64,000 bases of DNA from Octopus sinensis (GCF_006345805.1 NC_043006.1:79422001-79486000), one strand, 5' to 3'; positions 12,426 to 25,758 are shown, counted from the stretch's first letter. Numbers and translations are program-made. The notes: a model not told the origin generated them from the sequence alone.

Positions 12426-12919
12426 TCATAGGGTTGCTAAGAAATAGCAGCCAAATTCCCATCAAGGCACACACAACTGTCTTATTAAAAATTTTTTTTT
12501 AACTTAAAAAAAAAATAAATAATGTAGTCCTGGTTACAGTATGCATAAAAATAGGTGCACCACATCCATTTGTATGTTACAAGAGCTAAGAGGGTTTATG
12601 ACAGGAAAGGCATCTATCTGGTCATTAAAACATCCTAATTAGCTTGTCTTCTTCAAGTGTTAGATTACAAAAAAAATGGTACTGTTGTTTAGTCCTACAA
12701 TGGCCCTCACCAAAGAGTCCTGCATCAGTTTCCTAGCTGCAACCCAAGGTTATAGCAGAAGTTACATGCCCAACATGCCCCACATCTTGCCAACTATTTT
12801 AAAATGTGTACAGAGTGATTTTATTGTAGTATCAAGACTAGAGAGGCTTTTGTATCCTTGGGGAAAACTAAAGGGTCCTTGACAACCCTATATTCTCACC
12901 ACTTGTTCACTAACATCTT

Positions 12920-13152
12920 ATCATCATCATCATTGTTGTTTCAATGTTCACTTTTCTATGCTAGCATGGGTCAGGCAAAATTCATTGAAGCAGATTTTCC
13001 ACGGGTAGATGTCCTTCCTGTTGTCAACCCGCATCTGTTTCCAGGCAAAGTAATACTACCCCATGGCCTGACAGATTTCCACAGAAGAACACTGCTTGTA
13101 TGACGGTGACACTCATTTACAACTATTGTGCAATGTCACGACAAGGAGTCAC

Positions 13153-13194
<42 letters not shown>

Positions 13195-13470
13195 CACACA
13201 CACACACACACACACAACAAACAAACATATATACATATATATATATATATACATACACACATACGTACATACACACACAGATGAATGCACACATATATAC
13301 ATATATGACTGGCTTCTTTCAGTTTCCATCAACCAATTCCTGTCACAAGGCTTTTGTCAGCCTGGAGCTTTAGTAAAAGACACTTACCCAAGGTACCATG
13401 AAGTGGGACTGAACCCAGAACCACATGGCTGAAGAGCGAATCTTTTAACCAAACAGCCATACCTGCAGCT
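12920..13470 (-). mobile_element. SINE family A2 (family-A head, RTE-type (GAT)n tail)
   Basis: Head and microsatellite as in family A (13310-13470); the 3' half is different and ends in ...gcatagaaaagtgaacattgaaac..(gat)n. Confidence 0.8.
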
Positions 13471-13505
13471 CACCCTTACACCCAAGAAGAAAGAGAAAGA
13501 AGCTA

Positions 13506-14060
13506 AGGTGATACACCCAACAACCAATCACAAATTGTATTAATTTAATTAATAACATATTACTAATTAGGAAGTTATTTGTATTAGATCTTATATCGCT
13601 TACTAGTTCTAGTCATTCGACTGTGGCCACGCTGGGGCACAGCCTTGAATGGTTTTAGTTGAACAAATCGCTCCCAGGATATTTTTTTAAATCTAGTACT
13701 TATTCTATCAGTATCTTTCATTGAACTGTTAAGTTATGGGGACATAACACACCAATGCCAATTGTCAAGCAGTGGGGGGGGGGGACAAACACAAGGACAC
13801 ATACACATACACATACATATACATACATATACATATATATACACACAAAGTAAGTTAGGGGTTATGGGTGCAACCCATTAAGGGATAGTATTTATCCAAT
13901 ATATTGTTGATATATTCGAAGGGGTTCTTTCAGTTTCTGCCTACAAAATCTACTCACAAGGCTTTGGTTGGCCCTAGGCGGTAGTAGAAGACATTTGCCC
14001 AAGGTGTCATGCAGAGGGACTGAACTCAGAACCATGTGGTTGGGAAGCAAACTTCTTACC
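13506..14060 (-). mobile_element. SINE family A with ~90-bp 3' extension
   Basis: The extension at 13506-13597 is shared with 33411-33502. Confidence 0.8.
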
Positions 14061-14887
14061 ACACAGCCACGCCTGCACCTATATGTAAGTAAATTCAATG
14101 TAGTTTATATTTATGTTAGTATGGATGTAATACTAAACAAAAATAACTTCAGAAAAAAAAGTAAAACTAAGTGAAAAAATAAAATAAATAAAATAATTTA
14201 TTTAGCAAATAAAATGATCAGAATATTCTAGAAGAAACATTTTAAAGTATCTGTTGAGCAGGGAAGTTTGGTGGGTGGTTAATGAATGTGTAGTTAGGTG
14301 AGGTGCTAATTAAAGCTATTTGAATCTAGGTTAATGAAACATTAATCAGATTTCATCACTATGATTGTTTTATCTTGTTTTATTAGTATATTTTATTTTT
14401 ATTCATGTAAGTGAAACCACAGATTCTACTGACTGCAGAGGGTTGAAAATGTTCTAAAAAAAAAAGATAAAAAATATAGGAAGAGGGGAAAAAAAAATAA
14501 TACTTCTACCGCTGCTGCTGCTGCTGCTGCTGCACTGCTGCTACAGTGAACTTTCTCTTCTCTACCATTTCTCTTTCTCTTCCACCACCTCTCTCTCTCT
14601 CAATAGAAAAAGTACAAACAAAACAAATATATGCTGTATCACTAGCCTTAAAAGCTTCAAACAGTATGATGCATACCGCCACCACTACCACCACCACCAC
14701 CATTAACTGTATAGGCACAGGCAAGGCTGTATGGTTAAGAAGTGCACTTCTTAACCATGTGGCCCAGTACGAAAACCCACCTTGAGCAACTGTCTTCTAC
14801 TATAGCCCCATGCCAACCAATTGCCTTATGAAGGAATTTGCTAGACAGAAACTGCAGAAAGCTCATCATATAATATATATATATATA

Positions 14888-15500
14888 TAATAATGAAATT
14901 ATTGTATACAGTGCTCAGGTGCACCACAACTTGTCAGAAAGTGCGTATAAAGTATATGCAGTAATGTACAAATGTCTGGAAAGGGAACAATGTATGAGTC
15001 AGATACATGCTTGCGTGTGTATGGAGGGGAGGAAATCAGGTGTAGTGTTGGCGAATCTCAGAAAGCATGGAAGTTTTGAAGGATGCAGTGCTCCGACAAC
15101 TAACAACTGATGCTGGCAGTTTGTTCCATGCTTCAACAACTCTCAACGTGAAAAAATGTTTCCTAAAATCATGGGAGCTGTGCTATTTTCTGACTTTGTA
15201 AATATGTCCACAGGTGTTAGACGGGTGGAGTTTGAAAAGGTGCTCAGAGTTATTGTTTGTAAGATGGTTGATAATTTTATGGGTGTCTGCCAAGTCAGCT
15301 GTCAGACGTCGGAGTTTCAATGTGTCCATGCCCAGGGAAGTAAGGCGTTCAGAATATGGCAAATGCCTGATGGAGGGTATTCTTTTGGTTGCACGTCGCT
15401 GAACGGCTTCCAGACGATTGATATCCTGGGCAAGATAGGGGTTCCAGACCGGTGATACAAATTCCAGGTGAGGTCTTACCATAGCTATATAAAGCCGCAG
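14888..15500 (-). mobile_element. CR1-clade LINE 3' fragment (RT C-terminus plus 3' UTR)
   Basis: LRLYIAMVRPHLEFVSPVWNPYLAQDINRLEAVQRRATKRIP...YSERL...LKLRR...HFFTLRVVEAWNKLP, in frame down to the stop at 15036, with one internal stop at 15183-15185 (probably CAG>TAG). Confidence 0.9.
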
Positions 15501-15514
15501 ATAGTTATCATGTC

Positions 15515-15890
15515 ACCATTTTAACATCAGCTTTTCCATCCTTACAACGGTCAGATGGAATTTGCTATGATGGATCTTCTACAGCTGGATGCACTTCCTG
15601 TCACCAACCCTCACCTGCTTCCAAGCAAGGTAATATTTCCCATGACCAGACATGTTTTCACAGAAGACTGAAAATGAAGGACACCACTTACATGACGGTG
15701 ACACTCATAATGTGATGTCAAGGCAAGGAAGGAGACAGTAACGCACACACGTACATTTGCTGGGCTTCTTTTAGTTTCCATCTACCAAATCACACATGAG
15801 GCTTTGGTTGTTGTTCTACTATTGTAGAAGAAACCTGCACAAGGCTCCACGCAGTGGGTTTGAACCCAAAACCGTGTGGTTTCTTACCTC
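15515..15890 (-). mobile_element. SINE family A2
   Basis: Colinear with 12920-13470. Confidence 0.75.
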
Positions 15891-15924
15891 ACAGTCACAC
15901 CACACACACACACACACATATATT

Positions 15925-16330
15925 CTTTTATTCTTTTACTTGTTTCAGTCATTTGACTGTGGTCATGCTGGAGCACCACCTTAAGGGGTTTTAGTTAAAC
16001 AAATTGACACCAGGACTTATTCTTTGTAAGCCTAGTACTTATTCTATTGGTTTCTTTAGCCAAACCACTAAGTTATGAGGATGTAAACACACCAACATCA
16101 GTTGTCAAGCAATGGTGGGGGAGGACCGAACACAGACACAAACACACAAATATATATATATATATATACGATAGGCTTCTTTCAGTTTCCATGTACCAAA
16201 TCCACTCATAAAGATTTGATTGGCCTGAAGCTATAGTAGAAGACACGTTCCCAATTGTCACACAGTGGGATTGAACTTGGAACTATGTGGTTGGGAAGCA
16301 AGCTTCTTACCACAGAGCCACCCTGCGCAT
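15925..16330 (-). mobile_element. SINE family A
   Basis: Reverse-complement copy. Confidence 0.85.
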
Positions 16331-16341
16331 ACATATATACA

Positions 16342-16389
<48 letters not shown>

Positions 16390-16979
16390 CACGCGGATAT
16401 CCAGCACCAGTTGAACAAAGCATTATTGATGTTGACATTCCTTGTTGATATAAAAACCAGGCCAGCCACTCCGAGCATTCGGAGACCTTACTTGAAAACA
16501 GGTTAGAGTTGGCAACAGAAAGAGTATCCAGTTGCAAAAACCTGTCTCAAGTAACTCATCACCTGCCCCCATCATCCAAACCCATGCTGGCAGGGGGGGG
16601 GGGGAAGGACATTAAACAAACCAACAAAAACAAGCAAATGAGGAAAACAATAAAAGATCCTACTAGCAATTCTCTAAATGAGAAAAGAAAAAGTCATTCT
16701 TTGGCCATGTCCACCTTGGCTGAATCTGTTGTGGCCATCACCAAAATCTATATGACCAATGAGGGAATCTCTTACATTATCACTCAACCTGCTCAAAGTG
16801 GCAGCTAAATTCTGTCAAATCATGACTGGGTCATTTTGGAAAATGCCATCCAGGGTACCCAGCTCATAGGGAAAAAATAAGGATGGGGATGGTCATGGCT
16901 GGAATGTCTTTGATCATAGATCTGCTCATTCGGGTTAATCTAGAGTTAAACAACAACAATCAGAATTTGCTGGTATTAC

Positions 16980-17378
16980 TTTTTACTCATTTCAGTCATT
17001 TGACTGCAGCCATGCTGGAGCACTGCCTTTTAGTTGAGTAAATCGATCCCAGGACTTATTCTTTGGAAGTCTAGTACTTATTCTATCAGTCTCTTTTGCC
17101 GAACCGCTAAGTTATGGGGATCTAAACTCACCACCATCAGTTGTCAAGTGATGTTGGGGGGACAGACACAGACACACAAACATTACACACACACATATAT
17201 ATATACATGTATACGATGGGCTTCTTTCAGTTTCCGTCTACCAAATCCACTCACATGGCTTTGGTTGACCTGAGGCTATAGTAGAAGACACTTACCCAAG
17301 GTGCCACACAGTGGAACTGAATCCAGAACCATGTGGTTGGTAAGCAAGCTACTTACCACACAGCTACTCCTACGCCTA
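16980..17378 (-). mobile_element. SINE family A
   Basis: Reverse-complement full copy. Confidence 0.9.
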
Positions 17379-18199
17379 TAGATCTGTTAGAAATAGCAAC
17401 CAAATCATCCTCAAATCAGACCCTGTCAAAATGATATATTGAATAATGTGGTCTCTGGAATCTTGTGCATTCAAAAAAAAAAAAAATAGTCAATTATGGC
17501 TGGCATACTTTTGATCATAGGTCTGTTTGGTTAGTGTTGACCTGGGGCTAAACAGCATCAAACAATGACTTTCTACATTTTGGGGTGTGCAGCATGGCCC
17601 TTAGTTATGCTGTGGCATGATACAACTGAAAAAAAAGATTTGTGGTTTGCACTTAATTCAACCAACTACCTTTGTGGTCTGCTGGATTGGAACTAGCCTA
17701 GGGCTATATAACGACAACAACAACAGTAGCAGTAGCGACTATCATTCACCCTTTCTATCAAGCTTGATCCAAACTCCACTGGACTACAACAAACACTGAA
17801 AAGATCTTAAACTAAGAGAATTACTGAGGCTAGCTTCAAGTGTGTGTGTGTGCATGTGTGTGTGTGTGTGTGTGTGTGTGTCTGTGTCTGTGTGTCCATG
17901 TGTGTGCCAGTTCTGCACCAAAGTCTTTGAGTCATTAACTCAAAATGTAATTACACTACTTACCCAAGTGCTTTGGTAATGAACAATGTTCAGTGTTGTT
18001 AAGCTATGATTGCACAGTGGAATGTATGTATGTACGTACGTACATATGTATGTATGTAGTTGGGGTAGTGGTAGCCATAGTGGTGGCAAGGAATACATTT
18101 GGTTCCAGCAAGAAGCTAATTTAGAGACTTGTCTTCAAAAATAATGAAAAAGTCCACTTGCTTTACTAACCTGGTTATGTTGATAAGGCAAACAAATGC

Positions 18200-18925
18200 A
18201 TACACACATACATAACGACGTGCATAGATGCATACATACATACACTCACACATAACTGCATACATACATATGTACATTCACACACAACCACATGCATACG
18301 TACATACATAAATACATGCATGCATACATAACCACATGCCTACATGAATACATAACCATGTGCACAGATACATAACCACATGCATACATGCAGAAATAGC
18401 CACATGCATACATACATGATGAGTAATCCCTATAAGCAATCACATGACAATCCAGAACCAAATAAATAAACAAATAAAAAAAATACAGTGCTAATAATCT
18501 CCTAATCTCACTTCTGCCACAATGTGGGGGAGGCTGAGGAAGTATGGGATGAGGGGAGGGGGCTAGATGATGGATAGGAAAAGATGAAGTGAGAAGAAGA
18601 CAAAGAGGATGAATAATAAAGGGAAAGAAAAGGAAGAAGGAAAGAGAAAGAGAAGACAAAGGAGAAAGAAAAGACAAAGAAGATGATGGAGAATGGGAAA
18701 ATAATGAGAAGTGGGAGAGAGAAAGGAGGAAGATGAGAGAGAAGGGAGAAGAGAAGAGAAAAAGAGAAAGAGGGAAAAGAGGCAAAGGAAATAGAGGAAG
18801 GAGATACAAGAGAAAGAAGAAGGAGGAAAGAAAAGAAAAAGGAGAGGAGATAGGAAAAGGAGAAAGAAAATGGAAGAAAAATCAACAAGTGAAAAAGACT
18901 ATGGAGAAAATTGGGTGGAGGGGGG
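18200..18925. repeat. CATA-type low-complexity tract followed by a purine-rich (GA/GAA) tract
   Basis: Direct reading of the sequence. Confidence 0.9.
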
Positions 18926-18949
18926 GCTAAAAAAATTATACAAAAATAT

Positions 18950-19165
18950 TCTTTTCTACTCTAGGCACAAGGCCCGAAATTTTTGGGGAGGCAGCCAGTC
19001 GATCAGATCAACCCCAGTACACAACTGGTACTTAATTTATTGACCCTGAAAGAATGAAAGGCAAAGTTGACCTCAGTGGAATTTGAGCTCAGAATGTAAA
19101 GACCGACGAAATACCGCTAAGAATTTCACCAAGCATGCTAATGTTTCTGCCAGCTCACCACCTTA
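18950..19165 (-). mobile_element. Family-B SINE, short-tail variant
   Basis: Full head plus the short tail. Confidence 0.85.
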
Positions 19166-19461
19166 AGAAACAAAAATATTGACAAAGAAATATTCATTTT
19201 CATGAAGTGTGATGTTGCTGCTTAACCCCAAGTCATTCCTGACCAAGCAAAGATGACAAAAGGTGTTTCAGAAATCATCACCCTCACTGTTTTAACATTC
19301 AATTTTCCATGCTTACATAGGTCAAAGTACAGGGTGGGCCAAATGTCACACACATACAGTGTGTGTGTATGTATATGTGCATGTGTGTATATATATATGT
19401 ATCATTGCTATTATGTTAAACTGTCATATGTCCAAATTTGGCCAAATGCATTTACTTTCAA

Positions 19462-20330
19462 CTAGCTGATGTACCCGGTAATTCCCGGGAAAGCAGGGCT
19501 TATCCCCTGGTTCCCTTCACATAATTGTTTCGCTAATCCAATAACAATACAAAGTACGTAGCCCTTAAATGTTTTTTTTGTGCATTTATAGAGAATACTG
19601 AATTGTCTTGTCTTGTATTGTTTTTAGGAATTCCCAATAAGTTATGAATACCCAAAGTGTAAAGTCAGTTATGTAATAACATGAAATTAGTTACCTGATA
19701 GTAAGCATTCAAATAAAGTAGCCAGAAAAGTGCTAAATGCGTTCCTAGAGTATATAGAACTTAGGAGGAAATACTAATAAGGTATGTATACTAAAATCGT
19801 GAAGCATGTTACGTAATAACAGGCTAATCAGATATGAGATAATAACAATTCAAAGTAAAAGTAAATAACTCTGAAAAGGGCTTCTGTGCATTCCCAGAGA
19901 ATATTACCCTCAGCAGTGCTAGTGTTGGTATATTTGTGAATAAGTCACTAACTGAAATAAGTGGATCTATTGTTTAGAAAAATACTATTTATTTATTTAT
20001 TTGTACTGGATAAATTGCGAAAGTAACTCTAACAGTTCAAATACTAAGAAATAAGCATACTCAATTTGAGTTATACCAAATGATTTAGGAAAATGAGTAG
20101 GTTATTTCCCTTGGCTGTTAAAATCTGAAATATATTAGATATATATAAGGATCCCTTCCAGGGGCCCTATTATTGATTTTTTTTTTTCAACAATCTAAGT
20201 ATGCCATGAGGTTTCCAGACATCAGTTCTACTCACGTGTCAAGTTTCATCAAAATCGATAAAAAGATGTAGGAGGAGTTAGCTAACAACTCCACAAACAC
20301 ACCCACAGAATTTCCCACATATGTAGTAGA
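19462..20330 (-). mobile_element. Non-autonomous Helitron
   Basis: On the minus strand: 5' A|TC at 20330 and 3' CTAG|T at 19465-19462, with a GC hairpin cccgg-gaatta-ccggg about 10 nt before the CTAG. No TSD; A/T insertion site. Confidence 0.75.
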
Positions 20331-21054
20331 TATTTAACTCTGCTTGTAATAGCCTGTTCGTTTGGTCAAACTATCGTATCTAAGATATGAAAACTGTCAA
20401 AGTGTAGTACAACAGTTTAGCCCTCAAGTCACACAGTTGTTAATGTTGATTTCAGTTGGGTCACACCCTTCCAATTAGTATAGATCCATAATGCATCTTA
20501 CGGCTGTGCACGTCACCTGTATGGTAAGGAATCCTACACTGGGGAGTGGTAACAACTAGGGTAGAGTAGCTGACTGCTTATTGTGATCATTCGTTTTTTG
20601 GTTTCCTGTAGCTTTGCTCTCTTTTACAAACCCAGTGAACATACATATATTTCTGATTTCAAAGAAATTTGAACAATAGATATAAGACTCAAATTGAAAA
20701 GATTCCCGACAATTCAACATCTCTGGTTGACTTTAAGACCTTCCTCCAATAGGGGCCTTAACTCCCACATTTTAGAGCTCCATGTGCTCCATTTTTCAGG
20801 AGCAAAAACCTTTGAATAGGTTCCATAAGATTTGGATTTTGGAATCTGGGCATAAAGATGAGTAGTATGAGATAGATGTGTCACGATTAGAATTTTTGTT
20901 AGGGTGTGTAAAGAGGGAAAGAACCCTCCTTAAAATTTTTCATCCGCAATTTTGATGAAATTCGAATTACAGGTATTCCAGTTCATTAGAGAAAATATAA
21001 AAGAAAAGTCTAATTCTTCAATTCCATGTGACACGGGTATCTCTGCTAATATAT

Positions 21055-21395
21055 ATATATATATATCACGTAAGAGACACATAAAAAGCACCCTTCGAAT
21101 GTTGGGCTTCATGGTGATAAGTAACCAAGATCTTTGGCGATATGCTGTGCTTCAGAAGACTCATCAAGTCAGGTGAAACTGTTGTTATGGCCGATGCTGG
21201 TGCCACATAACTGGTACCTGTGCCAGTGACACATAAAAGGCACCATTACAGTCTTGGAGTGATTGGCATTAGGAAGGACATCCAGCTGTAGAAACTTTGC
21301 CAAATCAGATTGGAACCTGGAACAACTCTCTAGCTTACCAGTTTCGGTCAAACTGTCTAACCCATGCCAGCATGAAAAGCAGATGATGATGATGA
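21055..21395 (+). mobile_element. RTE LINE 3' fragment (short-UTR subfamily)
   Basis: KSTLRMLGFMVISNQDLWRYAVLQKTHQVR*, then the shared tail and (GAT)n. Similar copies at 47860-48150 and 51170-51395. Confidence 0.75.
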
Positions 21396-21399
21396 AGGT

Positions 21400-21735
21400 G
21401 TGTGGCTGTGTGGTAAGAAGCTTGCTTCCCAACCACATGGTTCTGGGTTCATTTCCACTACACGACACCTTGGGCAAGTGTCTTTTTCCTCAGGTCAACC
21501 CGAGTGGATTTGGTAGACAGAAACTGAAAGAAGCCCATCGTGTATATTTATATACACATACATGTATGTACATGTTTGTATCTGTGTTTGTCCCCACACC
21601 ATCATTTGATAACTGATGTTGGTGTGTTTACGTAACCCATAACTTAACAGTTGGGCAGGGTCGATTTGTTTGACTAAAGGTAGTGCTCCAGCATGGTTGT
21701 AATCAAATGACTGAAACAAGTAAAAGAATAAAAGA
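21400..21735 (+). mobile_element. SINE family A (internally deleted)
   Basis: Head and tail present; directly follows an RTE tail. Confidence 0.8.
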
Positions 21736-21798
21736 ATGAAAACATACATACATACATACATGCATACATACATATACATACACACACATACACATAAA

Positions 21799-21842
<44 letters not shown>

Positions 21843-22139
21843 TCTCTTATCTCATCAAGCTTCAGTTTCACTAAGTAACATAAATATTTCCGGCATGAAT
21901 TTGTCTTCAACAAACAAGCTATCAAATATTTGTCCACTGAAAACCAATCAGTTTCACAGTTTTATTTGTAAAACAATCACACCAAATGCCAAGTCATGCA
22001 ATGCTATCGACAAGCTTTACTCTGTTGGTGCTGATATGCTCCAGTTCAGTCCAAATGAAGCCAACCGCATCCTATGGTCAGTGATATTCAAACTGTGACC
22101 ATTTCTTGCTTTATTCAGAATGTATCTAAGAACTAAGAT

Positions 22140-22500
22140 GAAGGCGGCGAGCTGGCAGAAATGTTAGCACGCTGGGCGAAATGCTTAGCGGTATTTCATC
22201 TACCGCTACGTTCTGAGTTCAAATTCCGCGGAGGTCGACTTTGCCTTTCATCTTTTCTGGGTCGATAAATTAAGTACCAGTTATGCACTGGGGTCAATAT
22301 AATCGACTTAATCCGTTTGTCTGTTCTTATTTGTCCTCTCTGTGTTTAGCCCCTTGTGGGTAGTAAAGAAATAGGTATTTTGTCTGCCGCTACGTTCTGA
22401 GTTCAAATTCCGTGGAGGTCGACTTTGCCTTTAATCCTTTCAGGGTCGATAAATTAAGTACCAGTTAGGCATTGGGGGTCAATGTAATCGACTTAATACC
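22140..22500 (+). mobile_element. Family-B SINE dimer
   Basis: Junction aaagaaata|ggtatttt near 22373. Confidence 0.85.
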
Positions 22501-22949
22501 TTCGTGTTGTAAAAGACAAAAAAGAGAGACCTGGCAGCAGGAAGGGTATCCAGCCATAAAACATTGCTTTAGAAAAGTCCCTTTCAACCCATGCCAGTAT
22601 GGAAAAGCAAATGTAAGAATTATGATGATGATGATGGGGGGGGTTGGTGATGATATTGATGGATGATAACAATAATGATGATGATGATTGCTTGGACAAA
22701 GCATTAAGCATAATTTTTTTTTCTTCTTTTTAATGAAAACCACTATATAACTAACCACCAGATCGCTGGCAACAAATATGATTCAGATTATAGAAACCAG
22801 AATATAAAACAAAAAAAAAAAGGAAAAAAAGAAAAAAAAGAAAAAAAAAACGGAAGTCTTAAAAGACATTCCAGAATCAGATAATTGTTTGAGTGAGACA
22901 GGAGGGGCAGAAATTTCACTTCTCCCACTCCAGAAGGAAAAAAAAAAAA

Positions 22950-22983
<34 letters not shown>

Positions 22984-23194
22984 GTAGGCGGGGGGGGGGG
23001 GCAGAATTGAAGAAGGAAGAAAGAGAAGAGAGGAAGAGGATGATAAGAATCCAGAGTAACTTGAACAGGAAAAAAAAAGAAAAAAGAAGTACAAGGAGGT
23101 GGGGGGGAAAGGGTGCATCGTACAGGAAGTAAATGAACTGGAATCAGTTTGATGACAGAGAGAGAGCAACATTTCATAAGCAGATGATAAACTT

Positions 23195-23225
<31 letters not shown>

Positions 23226-23390
23226 CTTATATTTCTGTATATATATAATGGAATGTCTTCTACCACAATAATAATGGTGGTGGTGACAAGAAACCAGGAA
23301 ATGGAATGGAGGGAAAGCCATAACGAAGACTGATTATGCATAAAACATTCTTTTTCTACACAACACCCACCTCCAGCATATATTACAAGT

Positions 23391-23424
<34 letters not shown>

Positions 23425-23719
23425 ATATATGTATATATATAAACACATACATATATATACATAAGTTCTTTGAGTTCCTTCATATCTCTCTCTCTCTCAT
23501 TTTTTTCCCACTCCTGTTGACATTCCCCCCTTTAGAAATAAATAACCACAGAAAGAGAACGAATGCAACGTCACTTCCATGCTTTTTCTTCTCCTTTTGC
23601 TAAGAGAGACACCCTTGCACACACACACACACACACACACATGCATGGGAGGTGAGGTCAAAGTGATGCGGAGATGTGATGACGCTGGTGAGGAGTAGCA
23701 AGATAGAGAAAGAAGTATT

Positions 23720-24160
23720 CTTTTCTACTCTAGGAACAAGGCCCAAAATTTTGAAGGAGGGGGGTGAGTCGATTAGATCAATCCCAGTACGCAACTGGTA
23801 CTTAATTTATTGACCCTGAAAGGATGAAAAGCAAAGTCGATCTCAGTGGAATTTGAACTCAGAACGTAAAGGCAGACGAAATATCGCTAAGCATTTCATC
23901 TGTTCTGCTAATGTTTCTGCCAGCTTCCTGCCTTTAAAAAAATAATAATCTTTTCTACTCTAGGCACAAGGCCTGAAATTTTGGGAGAGGGGGCTAGTCG
24001 ATTAGACTGATCCCAGTATGCAACTGGTACTTAATTTATTGACCCCAAAAGGATGAAAGGCAAAGTCGATGTCGGTGGAATTTGAACTCAGAACGTAAAG
24101 AGATGAAATACTGCGAAGCATTTCACCCGATGTACTAACGTCTCTGCCAGCTCACTGCCT
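23720..24160 (-). mobile_element. Two tandem family-B short-variant SINEs
   Basis: About 23720-23935 and 23950-24160. Confidence 0.85.
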
Positions 24161-24569
24161 TAAGGAGAAATAAATATTGTTTCATGCCAGTGGCACATAA
24201 AACGCATCAACTGATCGTGGCCGTTGCCAGCCTCCTCTGGCCCCTGTGCTGGTGGCATGTAAAAAGTACCCACTACACTCACAGAGTGGTTGGCATTAGG
24301 AAGGGCATCCAGCTGTAGAAACACTACCAGATCAGACTGGAGCCTGGTGCAGCCTCCTGGCTTCCCAGCCCCCGGTGGAACTGTCCAACTCATGCTAGCA
24401 TGGAAAATGAATATTAAACGATGATGATGATATGTCTGCTTGCATCCTTTAGCTGTAACCATCTTTGTTTTTGTTGTAGTTGTTACTCAAGTTGGTACTA
24501 ATCAAGCAGACAGATCACCAAAACGGCATTCCAAACCATGACCATCTCATCTTATTTTCAAGAGTTATA

Positions 24570-25240
24570 GGTGCAAGCATAGCTGTGTGGTAAAAAGCTT
24601 GCTTTGCAATCACATGGTTCTGTGGCACCTTGGGCACATGGTTCCGTGGCACCTTGGACAAATGTCTTCTATTGTATCTTTGGGCCAACCAAAGTCTTGT
24701 GATTGGATTTGGTAGACAGAAACTGAAAGAAGCCTAAGGCGGCGAGCTGGCAGAAACGTTAGCACACCGGGCAAAATGCTTAGTGGTATTTCGTCTGCCG
24801 CTATGTTCTGAGTTCAAATTCTGCCGAGGTCGACTTTGCCTTTTATCCCTTCGGGGTCAATTAAATAAGTACCATTATGCACTGGGGTCGATATAATCAA
24901 CTTAATCCGTTTATCTGTCCTTGTTTGTCCCCTCTGTGTGTAGCCCCTTGTGGGCAGTAAAGAAATAAGAAACTGAAAGAAGCCTGCATTGTGTGTGTGT
25001 ATGTGTGTGTGCGCACGTGTCTTTTGTGTCTGTGTTTGTCCCCCACCCCTGCTTGACAGACAGTGTTAGCAGGTTTACATTCTTCTAACTTTGCAGTTCA
25101 GCAAAATGAGATTGACAGAATAAAATACCAGGCTTAAAAAGAAACAGGTTCTGGAGGTCAATTCTTTCAACTAAAAATCCTTCAAGAAGGCAGTGCTCCA
25201 GCATGGCCCCAATCTAATAACTGAAACAAGTAAGAGATAA
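24570..25240 (+). mobile_element. SINE family A containing a nested family-B SINE
   Basis: B copy at 24736-24967, flanked by the 18-bp TSD agaaactgaaagaagcct (24718-24735 / 24968-24985). Confidence 0.9.
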
Positions 25241-25758
25241 TTGCCCAACCCAGTCTATATCATCTAATGCATCCATTAAGACAATAAGGTGAGGTTCAAA
25301 TTTAAGAGAGATTTGGCTGCTACTTCTACTGGGTTGGGTGACCACATAGAGTGTCTCTATGTTACTGAGAGTCTCTCAGTAACAACATAAGAGACACAGC
25401 TGCTGTTGCTTAAGTCACAGCTCTCTGTTACTGATGTTCATGTGTTCCATCCTATTCCCAGAGTGTTTGAGTAGAAAGGCAGAGTTTTGTTTTGTATTTT
25501 TTGTTTTACTACATCTGTAAAGACTTACTAACACTAAATAAAGAAATCACATCACATATAAAAGACACAGGCACATACACACACACCAAAGGACATTATA
25601 TCCCATTGAATAAAACTTGTACAAAGACACACATAAAGACACACAGATATATACACACATATCTGCTATAGTTGGTGTTTGCATGTGTGTGTGTCTGTGT
25701 TAGCAAAGCATAAATGCACTAAGACAATACACATACCTGCAAGACTGGCACTCAGACA

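Noticed and set aside
21890-22100. Non-repetitive open frame (…AIDKLYSVGADMLQFSPNEANRILWSVIFKL)
   Set aside because: No splice signals or recognisable domain; similar anonymous stretches at 29560-29780 and 46570-46760 are likely very old repeat debris.
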